A stretch of DNA of 64,000 nucleotides. Source: Acidimicrobiales bacterium (GTDB lineage Bacteria > Actinomycetota > Acidimicrobiia > Acidimicrobiales > Acidimicrobilacustridaceae). Both the position numbers and the translations under genes were made by a program. Below, piece after piece: positions 44,403 through 53,960 of the stretch (position 1 is its first letter; every line of letters starts with the position of its first letter). The notes beneath the pieces are model-generated. The model was given only the letters and a program-made list of their open reading frames with translations, searched no databases and had not been told where the DNA came from. Location: assembly GCA_046331175.1 (NCBI GenBank), contig JAXLRI010000014.1, forward strand, positions 71,287 to 135,286, in the 5' to 3' direction.

Positions 44403-45616
44403 CCGAGCGGCCGTCGCCCGACGACGGTCCGTCGGCGCCACCATCGCTCGACGTCGACCGCACCATCGGAGCCGAGCTCCCGGCCTCGGCCACCGCTCCA
44501 CTCGCGGCCACCGCGGTCGAGCCGCTCGACGCGGCCGCCCGCACCGCGTTCGCCGACTGCACCGGCACGCCGGGCGCGGTCGTCGGGGTGCGCACCCCCG
44601 CCGGCACCTGGACCACGGCCTACGGGCTGGCCGACCCCGACGCCGGGACGCCGATGGCCACCGACGTTCACCTGCGCGTCGGTTCGGTCACCAAGACCTT
44701 CGTCGCCACCGTGCTCCTGCAGCTCGTCGCCGAAGGTCGCCTCTCCCTCGACGCACCGATCGCCGACTTCGTCGACGACGTCCCCTCCGGCGATCAGATC
44801 AGCCTCGGGCTGCTCGCCTCGATGCGCAGCGGCATCGCCAACTACCTCGCCAACGCCCCCTTCGTCGGGCGAGTCGTCGCCGATCCCACCGCGGCCTTCT
44901 CCCCCACCGAGATGGTCGAGGCCGGGCTGTCCGTCCCCGCCTCGTTCGCCCCCGACGCCGCCTTCGAGTACTCGAACACCAACTACATCCTCTTGGGCCT
45001 GGTGCTCGAACAGGTGACCGGCGACGACCTGGGCGTCCTGCTCCGGTCGCGCATCTTCGAGCCGCTCGGCCTGTCCGCGACGTCGTGGCCCGGCGACTCG
45101 GCGGCGCTGCCCGAGCCGTCCGCCCGCGGGTTCACCGTGTCGGTGCCGCCGGCGACGCCCGACCACCCGGTCGACACCACCGCCTGGAACCCGTCGTGGG
45201 GCGGCGCCGCCGGCGCGCTCATCTCCACCGTCGACGACCTGCTGACCTACGGCCGAGCGCTCGTCACCGGCCAGCGGCTGCTCGACGATGCGGCGCAGGC
45301 GGCCCGGCTGCGGTCGTTCCGACCGGCCTCGGGGCTCGGCCCCAACGTCGACTACGGCGTGGGGCTGATGGCGATCGACGGGTGGATCGGGCACTCCGGC
45401 GACATCCCCGGATACCGCGCCGCGACGTACCACCAGCCGGCATCGGACACCACGCTCGTCGTGCTCACGAACAGCGACATCGTGGCCGGCCGCTGTCCCG
45501 CCCCGATGGCGGCGACCACCATCGCCACCGACGCGGTGTGCAAGGCGCCGACCGCCCGCATCTTCGACGACGTGGCAACCGCGCTCGGCATCCCGACCGA
45601 GACCCCGCACCCCTGA
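44399..45616 (+). CDS. Serine hydrolase (beta-lactamase/DD-peptidase family), paralogue of 31975..33363
   Basis: This is ORF 44177..45616 from GTG 44399, which overlaps the upstream stop (GTGA). It has SVTK, YSNTN and HSG motifs. It aligns by eye with 31975..33363. Confidence 0.88.
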   Translation: MTERPSPDDGPSAPPSLDVDRTIGAELPASATAPLAATAVEPLDAAARTAFADCTGTPGAVVGVRTPAGTWTTAYGLADPDAGTPMATDVHLRVGSVTKTFVATVLLQLVAEGRLSLDAPIADFVDDVPSGDQISLGLLASMRSGIANYLANAPFVGRVVADPTAAFSPTEMVEAGLSVPASFAPDAAFEYSNTNYILLGLVLEQVTGDDLGVLLRSRIFEPLGLSATSWPGDSAALPEPSARGFTVSVPPATPDHPVDTTAWNPSWGGAAGALISTVDDLLTYGRALVTGQRLLDDAAQAARLRSFRPASGLGPNVDYGVGLMAIDGWIGHSGDIPGYRAATYHQPASDTTLVVLTNSDIVAGRCPAPMAATTIATDAVCKAPTARIFDDVATALGIPTETPHP

Positions 45617-45647
45617 CCCCCCCACACGAGCCCGCGACGCCGCCGCG

Positions 45648-45711
45648 CCGGCGGGCCGGCGGGCCGGCGGGCCGGCGGGCCGGCGGGCCGGCGGGCCGGC
45701 GGGCCGGTGGG
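45648..45711. repeat. Tandem octamer repeat: 7 perfect CCGGCGGG units plus 1 variant unit
   Basis: I counted the units directly. The array lies between convergent genes, and its period is not a multiple of 3. Confidence 0.85.
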
Positions 45712-45721
45712 CCGGTGACGA

Positions 45722-46870
45722 TCAGACCGGCGATCCGGCCGTGGCCCACTCGCCGAAGAAGCCCCGGAACGCCGCGGCGAACGGCTCCGACCACGGGTGG
45801 GCCACCGCCTCGGGCAGCGAGGTGCCGACCGGCGCGTCACCGATGTCGCGCAGGATGTGGTGCATGTCGGGGATCACCGCCAGCTCGGCGACGCCGTCGG
45901 CGAACGACGCCGCCAACGTCCCGACGCCTTCGCCGCCGGGCTCGGCGAGCGGGGTGTTGAAGTCCTTGGTGCCGACCGTGACGAGCGTCGGCACCCGCAC
46001 CTGCGGCGCCAGGGCCGGCGGGTCGAGGCGATCGGCGGTCTGGCCCAGCCGACCCCACCGCTCGCCGTAGAGGGTCGCCTGGATGAGCTGCTGCGCATCG
46101 GCGATCGGCGACGCAGCGTCGGGGAAGGGCGGCGGCTCCGGCGCCGGGAACGGCGGCTCGGTGGTCCGCAGGGTGGTCACCCCTCGGTCGACCCAGGCGA
46201 GGAGCGCCCCGAACACGTCGTCGGCGAGCCCGAGCGCCTGCAGCCGCTCGACCACCTGCCGGCGTCCCTCGTCGAACAGCCGGCGGTAGCCGGGTTCGAC
46301 CATCGCCAGTCGGGACGCCGCCGGCGCGCCCTGCGGGTCGACCACGACGGCCAGCGCGATGCAGGCCCCCTCGCTGTGGCCGACGAGGGCCAGCCGGTCG
46401 GCGTCGATGCCGGGCTGATCGGCCAGGAAGGCGAGGGCGTCGCGTGCCGGCTGGACGTACGCGTCGGCAAAGTCCATGGCCTGCAGCTCGGGCGAGCCGA
46501 ACGGTGCCGGCCCGGTGCCACCGACGCCGAGCTTGTCGTAGCGCAGCGTGGCGATGCCGAGCTCGCTCAGCTGGTCGGCCAGCCACCGGAGGCTGTCGAT
46601 CCGCAGGTCGCCCAGCGGGCCCGGCACGTCCGCGTTCTCGTCGCGGTCCACCGGCCCGCTCCCGGCGACGAGCACGGCGGCGGCCACCGGAGCGGTGCCG
46701 GCCGCCGTCGCCACTGCGTCGGCCGCCGGGGTGCGAAGGCTGGCCGCCACGTCCACGCCACCGCTGCGAAACATCACCTCGACATCGGACTGGATCACCG
46801 GATCCGCCACCCCCTCGTCGGCCGAGCCTTCATCTTGTCCGAGGCGTCGGCCTCCGAGCGGAACCTGCAC
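45722..46870 (-). CDS. Alpha/beta-fold hydrolase
   Basis: ORF 45722..46870 has a nucleophile elbow (VGHSEGA). The start codon is uncertain. Confidence 0.8.
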   Translation of the reverse strand: MQVPLGGRRLGQDEGSADEGVADPVIQSDVEVMFRSGGVDVAASLRTPAADAVATAAGTAPVAAAVLVAGSGPVDRDENADVPGPLGDLRIDSLRWLADQLSELGIATLRYDKLGVGGTGPAPFGSPELQAMDFADAYVQPARDALAFLADQPGIDADRLALVGHSEGACIALAVVVDPQGAPAASRLAMVEPGYRRLFDEGRRQVVERLQALGLADDVFGALLAWVDRGVTTLRTTEPPFPAPEPPPFPDAASPIADAQQLIQATLYGERWGRLGQTADRLDPPALAPQVRVPTLVTVGTKDFNTPLAEPGGEGVGTLAASFADGVAELAVIPDMHHILRDIGDAPVGTSLPEAVAHPWSEPFAAAFRGFFGEWATAGSPV

Positions 46871-46969
46871 CAGGGCGGCCGGCGGTGCCGCGCGGGCCGG
46901 GGGCCGACCCTCGGTTCCGCGTCACCCGCCGGCGTTGCCCGGCATCGAGGTCGGGGCCACCTGGTGCCG

Positions 46970-47407
46970 TCAGCCCTCCGGCGCCAGATCGACGATCGCC
47001 CGACCGGTCTCGGGGTCGAACGGCACCGACTCGTGGTCGTGCACGATCCGCCACGTGCCGTCGACCCGACGGAGACCCAGCGTCGCCCGCACCCACATGT
47101 CGACCTCGTCGCCGGACTGCAGCGTCCCCTGCACGTTGTAGACGAACGAGCAGAACCCGAGGTCGCCCTCGGCCGTGACGTCGAGCTCGTCGACGCGGTA
47201 GCCGATGTCGGACCGGTAGCCGTCGAACCACTGCTGGGTCTTCTCGATCACCGGCCCCGGCCCCCGCCGCAGCAGCGGTGGCAGGACGTCGAAGGTCACG
47301 ACGTCGTCGTGATGGCGGGCGGCCAGCGGCGCAGGGTCCTTGGCCCGCACCGCCTGCACCCGCTCCTCGACCACGGCCCGGATCTGCTGCTCCGACGACT
47401 CGTCCAT
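46970..47407 (-). CDS. SnoaL-like / NTF2-fold (DUF4440-type) protein
   Basis: ORF 46970..47407 reads IRAVVEERVQAVRAKD...GTWRIVHDHESVPF. Confidence 0.8.
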   Translation of the reverse strand: MDESSEQQIRAVVEERVQAVRAKDPAPLAARHHDDVVTFDVLPPLLRRGPGPVIEKTQQWFDGYRSDIGYRVDELDVTAEGDLGFCSFVYNVQGTLQSGDEVDMWVRATLGLRRVDGTWRIVHDHESVPFDPETGRAIVDLAPEG

Positions 47408-47511
47408 GCCGACACCTCGCTGGGCTCGTCGACGGCGGAGCCCGGCTGGCCGGGTGCCGTCGCGGTGGGTGACCAGGCCCTACCCAGCACCGCCCGTCGG
47501 CGTGCCGGCTG

Positions 47512-48348
47512 TCAGCTCGCAGGAACGCAGCGGTTGGTGATCTCGCCGATGCCCTCGATCCACGACACGAGCGTCTCGCCGGGCTGCAGGAACCGGGCGG
47601 GTTGGCTGGTGATCCCCACACCGGCCGGCGTGCCGGTGAAGACGACGTCGCCCGGCAGGAGGGGGCAGACGGCGGACAGCTCGGCCACCAGCTGCGGGAC
47701 CGAGAAGATGAGGTCGCTGGTGCGGGCGTCCTGCACGACGTCGCCGTCGATCGAGCAGCCGAGGGCGAGGTCGTCGCGGTCGGGCACCTCGTCGGGGGTG
47801 ACCAGCCAGGGCCCCATCGGGCCGTAGCCCCGGCGGGACTTGCCGAGCGAGAACTGGGAGGCGGCGGCGAACTGCAGGGTGCGGTCGCTGATGTCCTGGC
47901 CGACGGTGAGGCCGGCGACGTGGTCCCACCCGTCGGCCTCGGCCACGCGGTCGGCGTGCCGACCGATGACGGCGACCAGCTCGACCTCCCAGTCGATGGT
48001 GCCGTTGACGATCTCGACGTCAGCGAACGGGCCGGCCAAAGAGGCGGGGAACTTCGTGAACGCGGCGGGGACCTCGGGGATCGCCATGCCCGACTCCTCG
48101 GCGTGGCTGCGGTAGTTGAGGCCGATGGCGAACACCTGACGGGGCCGGGGGACGGGGTTGCCGAGCGCGGCGGGATCGAGTGGCGCCGTGCCGGCGGTGA
48201 CGCCGGCGGCGAAGGCGACGAAGGCGTCCCAGTCGTCGTAGAGGGACATCGGGTCCGGGCCGAATCGGCCGTCCGAGGCGGCGGCGATGTCGGCGATCTC
48301 GTCCCCGAGGACGAGGACGGCCCGGTCGGCGACGGTGGCGATCTTCAC
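47512..48348 (-). CDS. Fumarylacetoacetate hydrolase (FAH) family protein
   Basis: This is ORF 47512..48555 from GTG 48348, with AAGGAG upstream. It contains FAIGLNYRSHAEE...WEVELVAVIG...PGDVVFTGTPAGVG. Confidence 0.88.
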   Translation of the reverse strand: MKIATVADRAVLVLGDEIADIAAASDGRFGPDPMSLYDDWDAFVAFAAGVTAGTAPLDPAALGNPVPRPRQVFAIGLNYRSHAEESGMAIPEVPAAFTKFPASLAGPFADVEIVNGTIDWEVELVAVIGRHADRVAEADGWDHVAGLTVGQDISDRTLQFAAASQFSLGKSRRGYGPMGPWLVTPDEVPDRDDLALGCSIDGDVVQDARTSDLIFSVPQLVAELSAVCPLLPGDVVFTGTPAGVGITSQPARFLQPGETLVSWIEGIGEITNRCVPAS

Positions 48349-48397
48349 GAGGGCTCCTTGCGGTGCGGGATGGAGGGCGGTGGCGTCGGGCGAGCGC

Positions 48398-49900
48398 TCA
48401 CAGGCGACGGCGGAGGTCGGCGAGGACCGTGGTGGGGTCGCCGCTGGCGAAGACGGCGAAGTCGGGCCGCTGCACGGCGGAGGCGACGCCTTGGGCGTCG
48501 AACCACTGCCGGTAGGTTCCGTCGACGTCGGTCGCGTCGGCGCCGTCCCCGACACCGACGATCCGTCCGCCGATCGACGTGAACCACGCCGCCAGCTCTT
48601 CGGGCACCGCCGCGGCGCCGTCGGTGACGAGGCGCCAGCCGGCGCCGAAGACGTCGTCGAAGCGCTGCGGACCGGCGCCGACGTCGACCCGGCCCTGCAC
48701 GAAGAGCTCGCCGGCGGCGGGGGTGCCCAGGTCGAGCAGGCCAGCGGCGATCGGCGGCATGGCGGCGATCGGCACCGCGCTGCCGTCGGCGGCGGCCAGG
48801 CCCATGGCCTCGTCGCGCGCCGTGGCCTCGGCCGGGTCGGGCACGCAGATCACCTTGCCGAGCTCCATGGCGAACTCGATGACCTGGGCGGCCTGCGGGA
48901 CCCGCTCGGCGTCGTAGGTGTCGAGCAGGGCGACGTCGTCGGGGTGCGAGAGCACGTGGTCGAGCTTCCAGGCCAGGTTGATGGCGTCGCGCAGGCCGGC
49001 GCACATGCCTTGGCCGGCGAACGGCGGGGTCAGGTGGGCGGCGTCACCGGCGAGGAACACCCGGCCGTCGCGCCACCGCGTCGCCCACTTGGCCTGGAAC
49101 CGGTAGCCGGCGTGGCGGACCATCGTGGCGTTGTCGGGGGTGACGTCCCACGGCTCGAGCATCTCCCACGCGCTGGCCACCTCGTCGAGCGCGTCGAGCG
49201 ACTCGCCGGGCAGGCACATGAACTCCCACCGGCGCCGGCCCGGACCGCCCGACACGATCGTGGTCGGCCGGGTCGGGTCGCACACCTGCAGGTTCACGGG
49301 GTCGAACGCCCGCGGTTCGTGCAGGGCGACGTCGACGACGAGCCAGTCGAAGAAGAAGCCGTGGTCCTCGAACGGCGGGTCCACCTGCTGGCGGATCGTG
49401 CTGTTGGCGCCGTCGCAGCCGACGAGGTAGCTCGCCTCGAGCGTGTCGGCCACCCCGTCGGTCGACACCGTCAGCCGCACGCCGTCGGCGTCCTGCTCGT
49501 AGCCGACCGCCGCGGTCGATCGACGCATCGTGACGTTGGGGTGGGCGTCGAGCCGCTGGAAGAGCTCGAGCTCGAGGTCGGGCTGGTTGAACATGTTCGC
49601 CGAGGGCCACCCGCACGCGCCGAGCTCGCTCAGCTCGAACCGCAGCAGCACCAGCCCCTCGGCGTTGCGCCACTCGTAGACGTCGGCCGGCTCGGACAGC
49701 TTCGGCAGCCGGTCACCGATGCCGCAGGCCTGCAGGATGCGGGCCGTCTCGTCGTCGAAGTGCACGGCCCGGGGCAGCGGGTAGGGGCCGTCGTGGCGCT
49801 CGACGACGACGACCGTCCGGCCCCGGTCGGCGAGCAGCAGCGCCAGGCCGCAGCCGACGGGGCCCGCACCGACCACGATCACGTCGGTGGCGGCGCTCAC
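48398..49900 (-). CDS. FAD-dependent aromatic-ring monooxygenase (MhpA / 3-hydroxyphenylpropionate hydroxylase-like)
   Basis: This is ORF 48398..50218 from GTG 49900, which overlaps the dioxygenase stop. It has VIVVGAGPVGCGLALLLADRG and FLAGDAAHLTPPFAGQGMCAGLRD. Confidence 0.9.
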   Translation of the reverse strand: MSAATDVIVVGAGPVGCGLALLLADRGRTVVVVERHDGPYPLPRAVHFDDETARILQACGIGDRLPKLSEPADVYEWRNAEGLVLLRFELSELGACGWPSANMFNQPDLELELFQRLDAHPNVTMRRSTAAVGYEQDADGVRLTVSTDGVADTLEASYLVGCDGANSTIRQQVDPPFEDHGFFFDWLVVDVALHEPRAFDPVNLQVCDPTRPTTIVSGGPGRRRWEFMCLPGESLDALDEVASAWEMLEPWDVTPDNATMVRHAGYRFQAKWATRWRDGRVFLAGDAAHLTPPFAGQGMCAGLRDAINLAWKLDHVLSHPDDVALLDTYDAERVPQAAQVIEFAMELGKVICVPDPAEATARDEAMGLAAADGSAVPIAAMPPIAAGLLDLGTPAAGELFVQGRVDVGAGPQRFDDVFGAGWRLVTDGAAAVPEELAAWFTSIGGRIVGVGDGADATDVDGTYRQWFDAQGVASAVQRPDFAVFASGDPTTVLADLRRRL

Positions 49901-50829
49901 GACTGCACCGCCCAGGCCTCCTGCAGCGCGTCGAGATCGCTCGGCACGATGAACTCGAGCGGGATCTCCGGCCCCCAGCTGTTGGCGATGTGCTCGAACT
50001 CGAACGGCGTGCGGCCGGTGGACTCCCAGTCGTCGTCGTCGACGATCTGGTCCATGTCGGAGTACAGCTCGAGGAACGCCCCCGACGGGTCGCGCAGGTA
50101 CCAGTAGTAGTTCGAGCCGGCGAAGTGCCGGCCGAGGCCCCAGGCGTGGCGCTCGGGGTCGGCCCGCAGCAGGGCGGTGGCGCTGTGGCCGACGTGGTCG
50201 ACGTCGTCGCACTCCCACGAGTAGTGCTGCAGGAGCGGCACCGGTGCGTCGACGAGGGCGATGTTGTGGTGGTCGGTCGAGCAGCGCAGGAAGGCGATGA
50301 GCCCGGGCAGCTCGTCGCTGACCTTGAGCCCGAGCCCATCGACGAGGAAGTCGCGCGTGTCGGTGATCGCCGGCGAGGCCAGCACGAGGTGGCCGAGGCG
50401 ACGGGGCGCCCGCGGGCCGCCGAACACGGCCGGCGCCCGGCGGTCGAGCCGCGGCGACTGGCCGGGTGCGTTCGGGACGATCGGCTCGATGCGCTCGGCG
50501 GGGACGAACGGCTCGGCGACCCGCACGGTGAACTCGACGCGCGTCGCCGGCTCGACGACCCGCACCGCGTCGGCGTCGCGCTGCACCGAGGCGCCGGCCT
50601 CGGTCAGCCGGTCGGCGATCACGTCGAGGTCGCGCTCGTCGTCACAGCCGAGCTGCACGGCGACCGGACGTCGGAAGGGACCTTCGTCGAGGTGCACGGC
50701 GGCGCCGCCGTCGGAGCCGGTGAAGCCCGAGGCCGCGTCCCCGCTGAGCCCGAGCTCGGCGTAGAAGCCGGCGACCGCCGCCGGATCGGGGACGACGGTG
50801 CGCAGGCCGAGGAGTCGGTGGAGTGCCAT
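49897..50829 (-). CDS. Extradiol ring-cleavage dioxygenase (two-domain VOC type)
   Basis: ORF 49897..50829 has a two-module VOC layout. It contains LGHLVLASP...FLRCSTDHHNIAL...YYWYLRDPSGAFLELY. Confidence 0.88.
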   Translation of the reverse strand: MALHRLLGLRTVVPDPAAVAGFYAELGLSGDAASGFTGSDGGAAVHLDEGPFRRPVAVQLGCDDERDLDVIADRLTEAGASVQRDADAVRVVEPATRVEFTVRVAEPFVPAERIEPIVPNAPGQSPRLDRRAPAVFGGPRAPRRLGHLVLASPAITDTRDFLVDGLGLKVSDELPGLIAFLRCSTDHHNIALVDAPVPLLQHYSWECDDVDHVGHSATALLRADPERHAWGLGRHFAGSNYYWYLRDPSGAFLELYSDMDQIVDDDDWESTGRTPFEFEHIANSWGPEIPLEFIVPSDLDALQEAWAVQS

Positions 50830-50897
50830 GGACCTACGTTTATCAGTTGATCAGAGAACTGGCAAGTAGTTGTTCAGATGACTAGGGTCAGGCGCTG

Positions 50898-51569
50898 ATG
50901 ACGCCCGCCGCCTCCCCCCGAGCGACCCGCCCGTCGGCCGACGAGACCCGTGACCGCATCGTCGCTGCCGCCCTCGACCAGTTCTCCGAGCACTCCTTCG
51001 AGGGGGCCACCACCCGGGCCATCGCCCAGGCCGCCGGCGTCACCCAGCCGCTGCTCAACTACCACTTCGGCACCAAGGACGAGCTGTGGCGGGCCGTCAT
51101 CGAGCGGCTGTTCGCCCGCCTCGACGACGTGCTGGCCGCCCGCATCGACGGGCTGCGCGGCGTCGACGACCTGACCACGGCCAAGCTCATCGTCCGCGAG
51201 TTCGTGCTGTTCTCCGCCGCCAACCCCCAGCTGCACCGGATCATCACCCAGGAGTGCAAGACCGACGGCCCGCGCTTCGGCTGGCTCGTCGACACCTACG
51301 TGCGGCCCCTCTACGAGGCCACCGCGCAGCGGCTGCAGGCGCTGTCCGAGGCCGGGCTCATGGCCGACGTGCCGGCGGTGCACCTCTACTACATCCTCAC
51401 CGGCGCGGGAGCGACGATGTTCGTCCTCGCCCCCGAGTGCCGGCGCCTCACCGGCATCGACCCCTTCGACCCGGCCGTGGTCGACCAGCACGCCGACGCC
51501 GTGGTCGCCCTCCTCTTCGGCGACGCCGCGATCGACGCGCCGGGGGCTCGCCGCGGCCACCAGGCGTAG
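50898..51569 (+). CDS. TetR-family transcriptional regulator
   Basis: ORF 50898..51569 reads TRDRIVAAALDQFSEHSFEGATTRAIAQAAGVTQPLLNYHFGTKDELW. It is divergent from the catabolic operon across an AT-rich 68-bp gap. Confidence 0.88.
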   Translation: MTPAASPRATRPSADETRDRIVAAALDQFSEHSFEGATTRAIAQAAGVTQPLLNYHFGTKDELWRAVIERLFARLDDVLAARIDGLRGVDDLTTAKLIVREFVLFSAANPQLHRIITQECKTDGPRFGWLVDTYVRPLYEATAQRLQALSEAGLMADVPAVHLYYILTGAGATMFVLAPECRRLTGIDPFDPAVVDQHADAVVALLFGDAAIDAPGARRGHQA

Positions 51570-51912
51570 GTGGTCAGCTCGTCGCCGCCGCCGATGCCGC
51601 CGGTGAGGGCGCCCTGGCGGACCTCGTCGAGGAACGGCTCGCGGCCCTCCCGGCGCCGCCGGGGTCCGGCAGCAGCGGCAGGCGGCGAGTGCGGCCCGGC
51701 GATCGAGTTGCGGCGCCAACCCCTGCTCACCGGTTCGCCGAGGACCACGGCCCCCAGAACGACCCGCGGGTCCGTCCGTGACACCGGCGGCCGCGGTCAC
51801 GACGCCACGGGGACGGAGGGTCTGCCCGAGCAGCTCGTCGTGGGGCACCCGGTCGATCACCGCTCGGCCGGTCTCCGGATCGAAGGGCGCCGTGGTCCTC
51901 CGGGCGACCGCG

Positions 51913-53960
51913 TCATCCGTACCAGCCGCCGACGTCGGCGATGACGTTGACGGTGCCGGAGTTGTTGAACACCGAGATGGTGTCGCCGTCACCGACCTTG
52001 GCGGTCACCGCGTTGGCGATGGTGGTGCCAGCCTTCCAGTTCAGGCTGGAGGCGGTGGGCTTGGCGGCCCCGGTGTTCCACACCGTCGCGAACGACTCCG
52101 CCGACGTGGACGTCACCGTGAAGTTCGCCAGGATCGCCTTGGCCCCCGACGGCACCGCACCACCGGTGAGCACCGACACCGTCCGAGACACACCCGCCCC
52201 CCACGGCGTCGTGAACGCACCCACCGTCTCGGGAGCGGGACGAGAGTCGGCGAACCGCACCGGTGACAGCGGGTGGAACGCATCACCGGAGCCGGCCTTG
52301 AAGTAGCCGACCACGTCGATGATCACGTTGGCGCTGCCCGAGTTGTTGAACACCCGGATCTTGCCGCCCGTACCCACCTTCACCGTCACCGCGTTGGGGA
52401 TCGTCACCCCCGCCTTCCAGTTCAAGCTCGACGCCGTCGGCTTGGTCGCCCCGTTCGGGTAGACGGTGAGGAACGACTCGGCCGACGTGGCGGTCACCGT
52501 CACGTTGGCCACGATCGCCTCGGCATCGGCGGGCACCCCCGCCACCCCCGCCACCGTCACATCACGATCGGTGCCCGCCGCCCACGGCGTCGAGTACGGC
52601 CCCACGGTCTCGGGCGCCGGACGAGAGTCCAGCACCCGGGCCGGCGCCTGGGACGTGAACCCGTCACCGGTGCCGGACTGGTCGTAGTAGCCGACCACAT
52701 CGACGATCACCGTGGCGGTCCCCGACGGGTTGAACACCTGCACGTTGCCGCCGGCGCCGACCTTGACCGTCACCGCGTTGGGGATGGTCTGACCACCTCC
52801 CCCGACGGGGTCATCCGCCCCACCGTGCTGTTGCCCTCGGCGGTGAACCACATGTTGCCGTCCGGCCCCATGGCGATGCCGCGGGCATCCTTGATGCGCG
52901 TGCCACCGAAGAACGTCATCACCCCCGCCGGCGTGATGCGAGCGACCGAGTCGTCGCCGGAGAAGTCGGCGTTGACGAACCAGACGTTCCCGTCGGGCCC
53001 CCCCACGATCCCGCCCGGGCCGCGGATGTTGGTCGCATCCTTGAACAGCGACGTCACGCCCTGCGGCGTCATCCGCCCGATCGAGCCCGAGTCCTCGGTG
53101 AACCACAGGTTCCCGTCCGGACCCGTCGTGAGGTGGCCCGGAGCCGACAGGCTGGCGTAGGCGAAGGTCGTCACCACCCCGCTCGTCGTGATCCGACCGA
53201 TCGCTCCCTCGCCGCTGGGGAACCACAGGTTCCCATCCGGACCCGTCACGATGTCCTGGCCGGCGGGCGCGTCCGCGAACGTCGTCACCACCCCGGCCGG
53301 GGTGATCCGGCCGACCGAGCCAGCGCCGGTGGGGAACCACAGGTTCCCGTCCGGCCCTGCCGTGATCGCCGTGAGGAAGGGCGCACCGACCGGGAAGGTC
53401 GTCACCACCCCGGCCGGGGTGATCCGGCCGATCGAGCCATCGCCGTTGTTGGTGAACCACAGGTTGCCATCGGGGCCGGCGGTGATGCCCTCTGGCGAGG
53501 AGATCTTCGCATCGCTGAAGATGGTGGCGACCCCCGCCGGGGTGAGCCGACCGATCTTCTTGGACGCGTTCGGCGCGCCGGTGAACCAGATGTTCCCGTC
53601 GGGACCGGCGGTGATGCCCATGAAGGAGTCGATCCCCACCGGGTAGTACGAGAGCTCGCCGGCCGGGGTGACCCGACCGATCGTCGTGCTCCCGCTGTTG
53701 GTGAACCACAGGTTCCCGTCGGGACCGGCGGCGATGGCGAACGGCTCCGCGAGACCGCGGCCCATGACGGTGATGGTCCCGACGGGATCGGCGGCGGCCG
53801 CCGGCGGAGCGCTCACCACCTCGACGACGGCAGCCGCGCAGGTGGCCAGGACGGCCACCACGAGCGCGGCGCACGTCACCCGCCTCCACCACCCGCGTGA
53901 TCGCGGTGACCCGATCACCGTGGCCTCCGAACCAACCCGCACAACGGAGCAGTCCCCCAT
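51913..53960 (-). pseudogene. Vgb-like beta-propeller / repeat-module gene, broken by a frame change at ~52770-52800
   Basis: Frame A (52770..53960) has a signal/TM segment plus 8 or more blades (GPDGNLWFT...IGRITPAGV), then stops 6 codons after leaving the propeller. Frame B (51913..~52790) continues mid-module with GQTIPNAVTVKVG and 2 full repeats. The intact paralogue is at 61723. Confidence 0.7.

Noticed and set aside
11686-45711. Tandem arrays (11686-11805, 14551-14610, 22937-23040 and 45648-45711) considered as CRISPR candidates.
   Set aside because: The units are only 8-15 bp and are directly abutting, with no unique spacers. No cas genes are visible. These are micro- or minisatellites, not CRISPR.
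50830-50897. TetR operator palindrome in the AT-rich gap between the dioxygenase operon and the TetR gene.
   Set aside because: I found only short, imperfect dyads (for example AACT...AGTT), with nothing as clear as the palindromes at 2110, 3852, 39724 or 41874. The region is probably regulatory, but I cannot define a site.
51570-51912. Possible decayed gene between the TetR stop and the repeat-protein stop. One minus frame reads ...APFDPETGRAVIDRVPHDELLGQ, resembling the C-terminus (VPFDPETGRAIVDLAPEG) of the SnoaL-like protein at 46970..47407. Another frame reads ...EPFLDEVRQGALTGGIGGGDELTTYA.
   Set aside because: The fragments lie in different frames with no start or RBS and are too short to call. 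At most this is a remnant, so I did not annotate it.
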